Sequence record: PQ850618.1
Direction: 5' to 3' (one strand)
Origin: Escherichia phage ManiWeber_Bas99
DNA: 64,000 bases
Part shown: positions 38,292 through 47,528 of the stretch, in pieces
How positions within the stretch are numbered: position 1 is the first letter of the stretch
Layout of the letters: each line of letters opens with the position of its first letter
Notes under the pieces: model-generated
Database searches by the model: none
The model's input: the letters and a program-made list of their open reading frames with translations, nothing else
Told to the model about the DNA's origin: nothing
Position numbers and translations under genes: made by a program

Positions 38292-38833
38292 TATTTACTC
38301 CAGATGTCATATACGCCAATTTGTTGGCAGACTTTGTGCAGTAATATTACGTCGTCTAATGCACGGTGTTTCTGTTCATATTTTCCGAAATATAATTCAT
38401 ACAGCTCTTGAAGCTTAACTCTTCGGCCAAAAATAGGCAAGGTTTGCTCAACTGTACAAATGTTTATTTCTGGAAAATTAACATCATCAAGCGTAAGTCC
38501 TTCGCGCTGTAGTGCATAATCAAGAATGTTTTTATCGAACGCATGGTTGTGCGCGATAGTGGCATCCGTCTTCTTGAAGATTTCTTTTAGCTGCGGGACA
38601 AAATTGATGAATGGTGGATTGCACTCAAGGTCTTCATTTGTTAATCCGGTAATCTTTGTGATAATTTCTTCAATCACGATTTCAGGATTAATTATGAATT
38701 CAAACGTTTCAAGAATCTCTTTGCCGTCTGTCAACAGACCTGCAAATTCAATAGGGCGCGGCTGCATCCCAAGCGGCGCTTTCGGGTGCACGGTCAATCC
38801 GGTTGTTTCGAAGTCATAAGGGAGAAATAACAC
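38291..38833 (-). CDS. DnaQ-like 3'-5' proofreading exonuclease
   Basis: 180 aa; Exo I YDFETTG, Exo II AHNHAFD, Exo III HRALDD. Confidence 0.75.
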   Translation of the reverse strand: MLFLPYDFETTGLTVHPKAPLGMQPRPIEFAGLLTDGKEILETFEFIINPEIVIEEIITKITGLTNEDLECNPPFINFVPQLKEIFKKTDATIAHNHAFDKNILDYALQREGLTLDDVNFPEINICTVEQTLPIFGRRVKLQELYELYFGKYEQKHRALDDVILLHKVCQQIGVYDIWSK

Positions 38834-38845
38834 ATTAGCCTCCTA

Positions 38846-38872
38846 CAAAAAGGCCGCCCATTAGGACGGCCA
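38846..38872 (-). terminator. rho-independent terminator
   Basis: Minus-strand hairpin GGCCGTCC-TAAT-GGGCGGCC (one G-U pair) followed by TTTTT. Confidence 0.45.
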
Positions 38873-38887
38873 CAGATTCACGATTTG

Positions 38888-39439
38888 TTATACAGTGTAC
38901 GGAGTACCGTCTTGATTCAACCGCACGATGAATTTAAGGTCGACACCGATGATTTCACGAGTATCAAAGATTACATAGTTGTAACGACGCTGACCAGCAA
39001 TGTTTGGGTTGGTGTGAGAGTCGGTCACAACTTCCTGCGCAACCTGAATGCCTTCTTCTTTAAAGAACTTGCGCCATTCAGCAAGTTCAGCGGCAGTCAC
39101 GTGCATACCAAGATGGCTAACCTGATTGTCGTGCGCATCGATGTATTCGATGTTTTCGTGAATCCAGTTGCAACCTTTTGTATAGTCAAGAATTTCAAGC
39201 TCAAGAGGCTTACCAGCGCCGCCATCGGTGCCGTTGCCAGCCTGATAGTTGAAGCGCAAGTCAGCTTCGTTGGTGCAATCGCCGCGCTGACCCTTAAAGA
39301 CATCAGCTTCAAATACGCGACCAGTAGCAACAACGTGATCATGGAACCATTCTGTCAGGCCGATTTTAGCCAGGAAATTCTGTGCGCGCTGAGCACCTGG
39401 AATTGACAGGGCGATTTGTTCAATTTTAAAATGTGGCAT
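38888..39439 (-). CDS. hypothetical protein
   Basis: 183 aa ORF with no confident motif. Confidence 0.45.
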   Translation of the reverse strand: MPHFKIEQIALSIPGAQRAQNFLAKIGLTEWFHDHVVATGRVFEADVFKGQRGDCTNEADLRFNYQAGNGTDGGAGKPLELEILDYTKGCNWIHENIEYIDAHDNQVSHLGMHVTAAELAEWRKFFKEEGIQVAQEVVTDSHTNPNIAGQRRYNYVIFDTREIIGVDLKFIVRLNQDGTPYTV

Positions 39440-39459
39440 TTTGTTTCCTTAATTAAATA

Positions 39460-39630
39460 TTATTGATTAATTACTGTGTTGCCTTCGATGGAATAAGTCT
39501 CAATGGAACCGACGCGCTCGTGGTTAATCTTTGCGTTTTCGATTCTTATTACTTCAAATCCAACACCTTCTTGATCAATCTTCACTTCTGCTACGTCGCC
39601 AATCACTTCTACAACAACTTTGATAGTCAT
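39460..39630 (-). CDS. small hypothetical protein (56 aa)
   Basis: Fills the gap between two minus-strand genes; weak RBS; not in the ORF track. Confidence 0.3.
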   Translation of the reverse strand: MTIKVVVEVIGDVAEVKIDQEGVGFEVIRIENAKINHERVGSIETYSIEGNTVINQ

Positions 39631-39633
39631 GAT

Positions 39634-40317
39634 TTATTTCCCAAATGGAATATCAGTACCAGACATAAAGCGCCATGCGCCCGTAATTAAGATATGGCGA
39701 ATGAAGTCAGCAATTACTTGCGGCTCAGTCTCCAATCCATTCATCAGCGCCTTTTTCTGGTATTCAGCAGCATACTCAGGAGTCCAGCCGCGAGTCGCGC
39801 AAACAGCATCTTCAATCTGTTTGGACATGCCAGTACCACGTAGCTTATTAGGACTAATAGAAAATACCGTGATCCCGTATTTAGGCGTAAGCTCGTGAGC
39901 CATCTGCTTGCTAATCATGAGCGCAGCAGCCTTGGAAGCATTATAACACAAGCTGGATGTCATAGGAATATGCGCAGCGTTGGAAACGATATTGATCACA
40001 AAACCTTTGTTGTCGATAAGACTTTTCAGCGCGGCTTGAGTCGTGTTGACGAAAGAGAAGGCGTTGGTGTGCATAACGCGATTGAACTCTTCGTAGTTAA
40101 CATCTTCAAACCAGTTGTTGGAGTTGACGCCAGCACAGTTGATCAAGCCTTCTACATCATATGGGCTTAAAATTTCTTTCATCTGTTTCGCGTCGCGGAC
40201 GTCATATCCGTATGCTGAATCGATTCCAAGCACGTTATGACCGTAAGCGCCAAGGGTGTCAAAAATAGATTTACCAAGACCGGAATTGGAACCTGTTACA
40301 ACAATTACTTTTTTCAT
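39634..40317 (-). CDS. short-chain dehydrogenase/reductase (SDR)
   Basis: 227 aa; VTGSNSGLGKS (TGxxxGxG NAD(P)-binding) and YNASK (catalytic YxxxK). Confidence 0.7.
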   Translation of the reverse strand: MKKVIVVTGSNSGLGKSIFDTLGAYGHNVLGIDSAYGYDVRDAKQMKEILSPYDVEGLINCAGVNSNNWFEDVNYEEFNRVMHTNAFSFVNTTQAALKSLIDNKGFVINIVSNAAHIPMTSSLCYNASKAAALMISKQMAHELTPKYGITVFSISPNKLRGTGMSKQIEDAVCATRGWTPEYAAEYQKKALMNGLETEPQVIADFIRHILITGAWRFMSGTDIPFGK

Positions 40318-40382
40318 TTATTTATCCTTTTTGGACTTCGTTTCAATGAGATAAATATAACTCATCGAAACGCACAAGTAAA

Positions 40383-41255
40383 CTATTTATTGAAATTAAT
40401 ATTGTGGGTGTTGACGAGACGTTCACACATGGCGCTGTAAACACCATCGTCGTGTATAGAGTCTTCGTGCTTCAGGCCGCTGATTGCAAAGCGTGTAAGC
40501 TTGACAATCTTAAGCTCGAACAGATGCCACATGTGGTAGTCTTCCGGCGTTTTCAACGTTACGCCATTAGGGAAAAGCACCTGCATAACCTGGCCAACCA
40601 TCACGGCATTATCGCCATAGACAGCGTTGCGCTCACGGAAGGTTGCTGCCATTGCATCAAGAATATCGGCGGCAGTTGCCGGAGATTGTTCAACTTCCAC
40701 AGCCTTAGTCTCTTCTTGCCCTGTTGCGCTTGGATCAATTGCTAATTGTTGCACCACTTCACCTGCCTTGCAAAGATTAAATGTAAAAGCGATTTTATTT
40801 TGAGCAACGGAATTATAATACAATGCTTCATCTTGCATCCGCGCGAGCACGTCTTGTCGGTCGTCGAATACATTGATGATTCGATAATCGCCGTGCCGCA
40901 ATGCGTGCGATAGCCATGCAGATTTCATAATAGTTGATGGACGTTTGTCGCCATAGTCTCTCATCTTGATTGTAAATTCATCAAAAGGAAAAACATTGTC
41001 CAGACGTTCAAAAGTCACTTGTCTGTATTTTTCTGGCCTTGCAGTCCAATATTCAACCGCCTCACCGCGAAGAGATGCCGACTCTACTGCTGATGCAATG
41101 TGAGGATAGAACTGATCATAACCAATACCGCTGTGATAGTCATCATAGTCTGACAACGGACCTGCCACCTTGATGCGGTCTAAGCGCCAACGGTCATCAA
41201 ACAGCGTTCCGTCAAGGTCGAATACGTTTAATATTTGGTTATTTTTAATACTCAT
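40383..41255 (-). CDS. HAD-superfamily phosphatase fused to a domain of unknown function
   Basis: 290 aa; N-terminal FDLDGTLFDD is the HAD DxDGT nucleophile motif; C-terminal half unassigned. Confidence 0.5.
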   Translation of the reverse strand: MSIKNNQILNVFDLDGTLFDDRWRLDRIKVAGPLSDYDDYHSGIGYDQFYPHIASAVESASLRGEAVEYWTARPEKYRQVTFERLDNVFPFDEFTIKMRDYGDKRPSTIMKSAWLSHALRHGDYRIINVFDDRQDVLARMQDEALYYNSVAQNKIAFTFNLCKAGEVVQQLAIDPSATGQEETKAVEVEQSPATAADILDAMAATFRERNAVYGDNAVMVGQVMQVLFPNGVTLKTPEDYHMWHLFELKIVKLTRFAISGLKHEDSIHDDGVYSAMCERLVNTHNINFNK

Positions 41256-42061
41256 CCCTTTGACACTCCATCTTTAGCAACTGGATTGTTTGTGATTGGC
41301 GCGGCATCCCAAAACTGGATGCGCAACTCTTCTTGCTGTGCCGTGGTATCCATCCAATCACGATACCACGGGCAATGGGCTTTGCCATGACGAGGAAACG
41401 CGCATTTACCCATACCGATGCATTGCGGCTGTAGTAAAGGATTAGCCCATGGGTGCACCTTGAGGACTTCCGCAACCATTGCGCGAAATACTTCTTGATA
41501 CTCACCTTGTGTGCGCGTGCACAAGCGGTTTGACGCCATCTGCTGCAGCGTGCGCAAGTTGAACTTTGCCATGATATGCGTTTGCATATTAGAAGGCAAC
41601 ACGGCACGTGCATCCTGAATCTCTGCGCCAGCCGCGCGAAGTTCTTGATACAAAGCATCGATAGTCGCCATTGCATCATCCCATTTCTCTGCCAATGAGT
41701 GATGTCTTATGTGCACATCATCAAATGCATTTTCATCATTGCAGTCAGAAGGGTGCTCGAATGCCTTCGGACGAATCGCATCAAATGCAGAAGATTCCTG
41801 AGCGCGGCTGGTGCGTTCTTGGTATGCACCTGTGCGTGTGCGTACCATCTGATGAGTCATATTCTTTGATACAGCGGTGATGTCAAAGATATAGTCCACA
41901 AAGTCAAAAGGCGACTTGATGGTGTCAAGCATGTAGCGCCAATGCTCTTGCTTCTCTGATTCCGTCATCTCAGAGACAGGCTTACCAGTCATGCGCGTGT
42001 TCTTTGTTTCCAGCAAAAGGTCAAGTGCATCTTGGGTGTATCGAATTAATTCAACTTTCAT
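41252..42061 (-). CDS. thyX: flavin-dependent thymidylate synthase-like (ThyX family, variant motif)
   Basis: 269 aa; HQMVRTRTGAYQERTSR aligns with the ThyX RHRx7-8S signature but has Thr in place of His. Confidence 0.6.
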   Translation of the reverse strand: MKVELIRYTQDALDLLLETKNTRMTGKPVSEMTESEKQEHWRYMLDTIKSPFDFVDYIFDITAVSKNMTHQMVRTRTGAYQERTSRAQESSAFDAIRPKAFEHPSDCNDENAFDDVHIRHHSLAEKWDDAMATIDALYQELRAAGAEIQDARAVLPSNMQTHIMAKFNLRTLQQMASNRLCTRTQGEYQEVFRAMVAEVLKVHPWANPLLQPQCIGMGKCAFPRHGKAHCPWYRDWMDTTAQQEELRIQFWDAAPITNNPVAKDGVSKG

Positions 42062-42074
42062 TTTAATTATCCTA

Positions 42075-42521
42075 TTAACGGTAATTTACTAGTTGCTGAT
42101 CACCAGAGAAGGTGCAATGATAAACGAATTGTGCGTTATAAAGCAACTGAAAACTTTTCTTTGGTTCATTATTAGAACTCATTGATGTAAAGATTTCTGC
42201 ACCAGAACGATTTTCACCAATCAGGTTGATAAAGCCGCCAGTTGAACGAGGCTGAACGAAAGTGAAACGTTGCATCCACGGAGTGCGGTTGGCACCTTTC
42301 CCTGTGAATCCTTGAATCTGAATATTCAGGCCTTCTTGCTCGTTCACACCGATGTAAGTGGTAATTGTTGCGCCAGTCGTTGCTGCGGTCTTGCCGTCCA
42401 TCGCTTCGCAATCGTAAACAGCGATTGAATCTGAAGTACGGACAGCGGCTTCAGTCGCTTCCATATACATGGTTCCGAGAATAGCAGTTGCGGCAAGCGC
42501 GATTCCAGTGATTCGTTTCAT
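42075..42521 (-). CDS. secreted protein of unknown function
   Basis: 148 aa with N-terminal signal peptide MKRITGIALAATAILGTMYMEA. Confidence 0.5.
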   Translation of the reverse strand: MKRITGIALAATAILGTMYMEATEAAVRTSDSIAVYDCEAMDGKTAATTGATITTYIGVNEQEGLNIQIQGFTGKGANRTPWMQRFTFVQPRSTGGFINLIGENRSGAEIFTSMSSNNEPKKSFQLLYNAQFVYHCTFSGDQQLVNYR

Positions 42522-42586
42522 TTTCGTTTCCTCTATGAGTTCTGCTTCAATGATTAAAGTATACGCCCATTGAAGCAGAAAGCAAA

Positions 42587-43582
42587 TTATTTATTAGCAA
42601 TATAAGCAAATTTTTGATAGTTATTTGCTTTGATGAGTTTTTCAACTTCAACAAGGTCATGAGCAACGTCATCAAGCAAAATGTTTCGCCAAGTAGCGAA
42701 TCGACCGACACTAAATACGTTCAAATCCATGGTCAGCTGTAGGAGTAGAGCGTGTCGCAAGTCTTTCGGAATGTCGACAATCTTGCCATACTTCTGGTCG
42801 ACCTTTTCAACTTCTTCGAGAGCGATGTCACTCCATGAGAGGCCAAAGGCCGTCAACACTTCGTCGACTTCTGCGCGCAGCTTGATGTCACGGTAACGAG
42901 TAATGCCGCCAGCGGCTTCAACTGCGGCTTCACTTACGCTAACCAAAGGAATTGTTTCAATGATCAGCGTGTCACCAGTGATTGATGCGCGGTAAGTTCT
43001 GACGGAGTAGTCAGGAAAGTAAATGGTTTGATACAGTTCACACTTGCGTTTAATCTTAAAGCGGTAAACACGAATGTTTGCCTTGTCGAATGAGAAATCA
43101 ATCTTTTGATCAATCCCAGCAAGCTTCATTATGACTGGCAGCGGCGATGTGTTGATGATTGGCGTCTCGCTATAGCCGCAAAGAGTATCAACAGGAGTAT
43201 TAAAGAATATGCGGTCACCCAGTTTGTCGACAAGCTGATCATAAAAGTCATCAGGCGCAATATAACGCGTTGCAGTTTTAAGCTTCATGATTGAACGGCT
43301 GCCAAACTGATTGGTGACCTTCATGGAATACATATTGGCAAGGTTGATTGGGCAATGGTCGTGGTAGTAGTTGCCGCGAAAATACACAGCCTTGTCAACT
43401 GTCACGGCTTTAAAAGGGATTCCGGTAATACGGCTTACTTCTTCGCTGCGAAAGCGTAGCAATGCCTTGTGCTGTGGCGCTCGCTCCCCTGCTTCGTACA
43501 CAATAGAGTTCGGGAAGTGACACGCGGTAATAAGTCCTGCCAAACCGCCGCCGATAATCATTACAGGTTGTTTCATGTTCAT
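42587..43582 (-). CDS. Rossmann-fold FAD/NAD(P)-binding protein
   Basis: 331 aa; N-terminal VMIIGGGLAGL dinucleotide-binding motif; substrate unknown. Confidence 0.5.
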   Translation of the reverse strand: MNMKQPVMIIGGGLAGLITACHFPNSIVYEAGERAPQHKALLRFRSEEVSRITGIPFKAVTVDKAVYFRGNYYHDHCPINLANMYSMKVTNQFGSRSIMKLKTATRYIAPDDFYDQLVDKLGDRIFFNTPVDTLCGYSETPIINTSPLPVIMKLAGIDQKIDFSFDKANIRVYRFKIKRKCELYQTIYFPDYSVRTYRASITGDTLIIETIPLVSVSEAAVEAAGGITRYRDIKLRAEVDEVLTAFGLSWSDIALEEVEKVDQKYGKIVDIPKDLRHALLLQLTMDLNVFSVGRFATWRNILLDDVAHDLVEVEKLIKANNYQKFAYIANK

Positions 43583-43717
43583 TTGTCCTTTGTGGGTGAT
43601 ATGAGAAGTATAATAGCTAAATTATTTTACAGCAACAAGTCATTTCTATTTAGTACAGACGAAAAAAAGACCCACAACAAGTGTGGGTCAATTACCGCTA
43701 TATAACCGTCCTACAGG

Positions 43718-44563
43718 TTATTCCGCTTGATCACCGTCTTCAGCATCGTCGTTGGATTCAACATCGACAAACTCGATGTGACCCATCTCTTCCAGCTTGC
43801 TCAGGTAGGAGCGAACGGAAGCGCCAAACAGTTGATCTTTAACTTTTTCGCCCAGCTCATCGATAGACTGTGCCACACCAACTTCGCCTTCTTTGATCGC
43901 CGCCAGAACGCGTCCACGGGTGGAATGCTCTTGCGGCTGGCTCAGGCCGTTGCCAGTGTAGATGAAGTGAGTGGCTTTTGCACGACGCTGACCGTTTGCC
44001 TTTTTAGCAGCCTTACGTTCTGCGATGGCTTTGCGACGTTCTTCAGCTTCTTTCTTACGCTGTTCTTTCTGCTGTTCTGCAGCTTCTTTAGCCGCAATCT
44101 TAGCAGCTTCACGCTCTGCCTTGCGTTTCGCTTTAGCTTCTTCTTTGGCCTTTTCTTTTTCGGCCTTCGCTGCAGCACGGGCTTGATCACGCTCTGCTTT
44201 CTTGGCCGCAGCCTGCTCAGCTTTCAGGCGCTTGGCTTCTTCTTTAGCCTTTGCCTTTTCGATTTCTTTTGCTGCTTTAGCGGCTTCACGCTCTGCTTTC
44301 TTAGCAGCAGCCTTTTCTGCACGCTCTTTAGCTTTCTTAGCTGCTTCTTCAGCACGCTTCTGAGCCTTCTCATCAGCAGCCTGCTTGCGTTTCAACGCAG
44401 CTTCTTCACGCTTGGCTTGTTTTTCCTGCTCACGCTTCTGGCGTTTTTCTTCGGCTTCTTTCTTTTTAGCCAGGCGTTTTTCTTCAGCCACGCGACGACG
44501 TTCTGCTGCGGCTGCTTGTTTTTCTTCTTTAGATAATACTTTGATTGCTTCGGCCATATTCAC
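43718..44563 (-). CDS. Lys/Ala/Glu-rich low-complexity protein with globular acidic C-terminus
   Basis: 281 aa; about 170 aa of KAEREAAKAAKE-type repeats, then a non-repetitive domain ending in an acidic tail. Confidence 0.55.
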   Translation of the reverse strand: MNMAEAIKVLSKEEKQAAAAERRRVAEEKRLAKKKEAEEKRQKREQEKQAKREEAALKRKQAADEKAQKRAEEAAKKAKERAEKAAAKKAEREAAKAAKEIEKAKAKEEAKRLKAEQAAAKKAERDQARAAAKAEKEKAKEEAKAKRKAEREAAKIAAKEAAEQQKEQRKKEAEERRKAIAERKAAKKANGQRRAKATHFIYTGNGLSQPQEHSTRGRVLAAIKEGEVGVAQSIDELGEKVKDQLFGASVRSYLSKLEEMGHIEFVDVESNDDAEDGDQAE

Positions 44564-44716
44564 AGTCCTTAAATAAATTAGTTTATTTTATATTCCCCGT
44601 TTGGGATAACTTAATTATGCCTTCAGTTGCCGCCAGTAGCAACTAAAAACTATGGCGGCAATGCCACTTTAATTAAACTGATTTTCAGTTTTATTTTTCG
44701 TAAATTTACGTCAACA

Positions 44717-45901
44717 TTAACGCGCTTTCAAATCACGGTACACGGTCAGATTCTTCTTAGCACGGGTGATAGCGGTGTACATCATCTTGGAGTACGGAAC
44801 GCCGCGCAAGATTTCTTCCAGCACGCACACATTGTCCCACTCGCTGCCTTGCGATTTGTGCACCGTGATGACATAGCCGTAGTCCATCCCGCCAACAGCA
44901 CGTTGCGCTTCTTTGCGCACTTCCTGATCAGTAGAGAAGGAAAGAGGATTAATCTTTACCTTTATATCTTTACCATCAGTCAATGAACGCAAGTTGACAT
45001 ACATTATTTCATTCGACTCATCTTCATCCCTTTCAAAGTCCGGCACTGGCTCATAGCTAATAACAATCCCTTGCTCGCCATTACAGAATCCTGGCCCGTG
45101 CTGGTTGAAGGTGCAAATAACTTTCTCGCCGATTCCTGGCATTGGCGTTATACGTCCGCTCACTTGCCGTAATAATGAATTCCATTTATCTTTGGTGCTA
45201 TTATAGGAGCAAATAATTTGATCATCTTCGCCCATGAATTTCTTCAATGCAGTAACGCGCGGCGATTCTGCCAATACTTTGACGTCATCGTATTCACGCG
45301 GAGGAAGGCGGTTGCCTTGGCGCACGAAGAAGGAGGCGCGGATTATATTGGACTCTTTCCCTTGCCGCATGATTTCTGTTAACAGTACGTCAACGGCATC
45401 TTCAGTAAAGTAGGCGGCGGCTTTTACCGGAGGGACTTGTCCAATGTCGCCTAATGCCAGGACAGGGATGCGGTGATCAAGAAGGCGCTCTGTGTCCCAC
45501 TCGCCAACCATCGACGCTTCATCGAGTACAACAAGGTGCGGCCTTTCATCCAGCTTTGACTTTCTCGAAAAGATTGGCTCATTGTCGTCATTTACGCCGC
45601 GCACGTTATAGATGAACTGGTGAAGGGTCTTAGCGCCACGACAGCCTTTTTGCTTTAATCGGCTTGCAGCCTTTCCGGTCGGCGCAATATAGATAGCTCC
45701 ATACTCACCGACACAACGGCGCACAATCTCGCGAGCAATAGAGGTTTTACCAGTTCCTGCATAGCCAGCGATGAAAAACACGCGCTTCGTCGTTTTACCG
45801 TCCTGCAATCGCTTGTACCATGCAACGGCTTTCTCGATGGCGTCGATTTGTTGCGCGTTAAACTGAATCACTGGCTCATCATTAAATTCTGGAATGTTCA
45901 T
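44717..45901 (-). CDS. Dda/RecD-like SF1B DNA helicase
   Basis: 394 aa; Walker A AGYAGTGKTS, Walker B LVVLDEASMV, C-terminal helicase motifs. Confidence 0.7.
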   Translation of the reverse strand: MNIPEFNDEPVIQFNAQQIDAIEKAVAWYKRLQDGKTTKRVFFIAGYAGTGKTSIAREIVRRCVGEYGAIYIAPTGKAASRLKQKGCRGAKTLHQFIYNVRGVNDDNEPIFSRKSKLDERPHLVVLDEASMVGEWDTERLLDHRIPVLALGDIGQVPPVKAAAYFTEDAVDVLLTEIMRQGKESNIIRASFFVRQGNRLPPREYDDVKVLAESPRVTALKKFMGEDDQIICSYNSTKDKWNSLLRQVSGRITPMPGIGEKVICTFNQHGPGFCNGEQGIVISYEPVPDFERDEDESNEIMYVNLRSLTDGKDIKVKINPLSFSTDQEVRKEAQRAVGGMDYGYVITVHKSQGSEWDNVCVLEEILRGVPYSKMMYTAITRAKKNLTVYRDLKAR

Positions 45902-46227
45902 TATAACTCCACTACGCTTTCAAGGTCCAGATATACTGGAATAAAATGGCAATCTTCTTTTCGTTCAAACATCTCACCATCAACATGGCTGAAGAAAACA
46001 GTCGTGTTTGGTATCTTCCATCCTTTCTCGTCGCGCACTAAGTACGCCATGGATTCAACAGGGATGTACAGCGATACCGGATTTGCGGCAAAAATAAATT
46101 TGATTCTGTCTGGCTGACCCAGGAATCGCATGATTGTTAGGCTTGAGTTCATTCGGGTATTAAGGAAGGACTCAACGATGCCGACGTGTGTTGCACGTTC
46201 GCGTTGCTTCGTATCTTTTTCGTTCAT
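45901..46227 (-). CDS. hypothetical protein
   Basis: 108 aa, first gene of the leftward operon. Confidence 0.45.
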   Translation of the reverse strand: MNEKDTKQRERATHVGIVESFLNTRMNSSLTIMRFLGQPDRIKFIFAANPVSLYIPVESMAYLVRDEKGWKIPNTTVFFSHVDGEMFERKEDCHFIPVYLDLESVVEL

Positions 46228-46265
46228 TTCAGGCGACCTTTGTTAGTGCGGAAATATTTTCTGAT

Positions 46266-46294
46266 AGTATAATTGCAGATATAGTATAAAGCAA
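46266..46294 (-). promoter_or_regulatory. leftward sigma70-like promoter (TTGCTT-17-TATACT)
   Basis: Read on the reverse complement; in the divergent intergenic region upstream of the minus-strand replication operon. Confidence 0.45.
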
Positions 46295-46330
46295 AGTAAA
46301 TCGAAATTGTGAACTAAATGGTAAATATTG

Positions 46331-46358
46331 TTGACTTTGTATCACTCAATATTATACT
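46331..46358 (+). promoter_or_regulatory. rightward sigma70-like promoter (TTGACT-16-TATACT)
   Basis: TTGACT at 46331-46336 and TATACT at 46353-46358, about 30 nt upstream of the primase start. Confidence 0.45.
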
Positions 46359-46387
46359 GCAGGTATTGATCACCGAAGGAAAGAAAG

Positions 46388-47470
46388 ATGGCTAGTTTAA
46401 GAGAAGAAGCAAAAATAATCGAAGAGTTTTTAACAGAACTCCAAAGAGGCATTCCAGAAGATGAGCGCGTCATGACGGTGTTTGCGCCTGAAGCAACGGT
46501 GCAGACTGACGAGCGCGGCAAGAAGATTAACAGCAGCTTCTGGCCTAAGCCTTGGAAGTTGGGCAAGCCGCTCATGCAGCACCAAAACGGCTATGCCTGC
46601 ATCAGTTCAATGCGTAAGTCTCCCAACCCGAAGACGGGTGAGATGCGATACTGGCGTACAGAGTCAGCCTTTGGTCACGGTATGGCGATGATGGTCGACG
46701 ACATCGGTCACGGTAAAGGGTCCAAAGGCGATTTAGATTTGGAATTCTTTTTCGAGCGACTGAAGCCGACTGTCATTGTCGAGACGTCACCGAACAACCA
46801 CCAGCTGTGGTACTTCTTTAAAGAACCAATTGACCATCTTATTCAGTTCAAAGCATTCCTTGGGTCTTTCGTAAACATGGTACTCAAGAAGGGCGGCGAC
46901 AACACGATTAAAGACGTAACGCGCGTGGGCCGTGTTCCTGGGTGCATCAACAACAAGCGCGTGACTCACGACGGCCCCTATAAATATGTCGATGAGAACG
47001 GCGACCCGTTCCGCTGCCGACTTGTCCATGCAGATTACTCCTTGCGCTACACCATCGAAGACATTTGTCAGGCATTCGGCTTTCACGTTGTAATGCCGCA
47101 AAAGCGTGAGATTCAAATTGACGTCGATGAATACAAATACGATGCTGTTTGGTATAAGATAGCCCAGCAGATTCTAGCGCGCAACAAGATGGGTGAAGGG
47201 TCTGATGGCGACGTTATCGAGAATATGTCAGGTAAGTGTCGCATAATCTGTCCTTGGGGTGAAGAGCACACCAACGGCGACCCGTATGGCGCTTACTTTC
47301 GCGGCCCTATCCCTGGTGCAGAACATGAATTTGTGTTCGGTTGCGCCCACGACTGTCACCGGAAAGGGGAAGGCAAGAAAGGTTGGACCGCTTTTGTTGA
47401 AGCAATCGTCATGCCTTATATTGAGAATCAACTTGACATGATAAATCGTCGTGCAGGTGGCATAAAATAG
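46388..47470 (+). CDS. DNA primase, archaeo-eukaryotic (prim-pol) type
   Basis: 360 aa; MVDDIG (acidic DxD-like) and SPNNHQLWYFF resemble AEP catalytic motifs; C-terminal Cys/His cluster. Confidence 0.5.
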   Translation: MASLREEAKIIEEFLTELQRGIPEDERVMTVFAPEATVQTDERGKKINSSFWPKPWKLGKPLMQHQNGYACISSMRKSPNPKTGEMRYWRTESAFGHGMAMMVDDIGHGKGSKGDLDLEFFFERLKPTVIVETSPNNHQLWYFFKEPIDHLIQFKAFLGSFVNMVLKKGGDNTIKDVTRVGRVPGCINNKRVTHDGPYKYVDENGDPFRCRLVHADYSLRYTIEDICQAFGFHVVMPQKREIQIDVDEYKYDAVWYKIAQQILARNKMGEGSDGDVIENMSGKCRIICPWGEEHTNGDPYGAYFRGPIPGAEHEFVFGCAHDCHRKGEGKKGWTAFVEAIVMPYIENQLDMINRRAGGIK

Positions 47471-47528
47471 TTTGCTTTTATTTTTATAGCAACTATAATC
47501 ATTTTATGAACTGAAGCAGAGGTGGTTT

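Noticed and set aside
38888-39439. Glyoxalase/VOC-fold assignment for the 183-aa protein
   Set aside because: Only a vague resemblance of hydrophobic and His patterns; insufficient to call without a profile search.
43727-44536. 269-aa + strand ORF antisense to the Lys/Ala/Glu-rich gene
   Set aside because: A Phe/Leu/Ser-rich shadow ORF produced by the repetitive GC-skewed coding strand; the minus-strand frame is far more protein-like.
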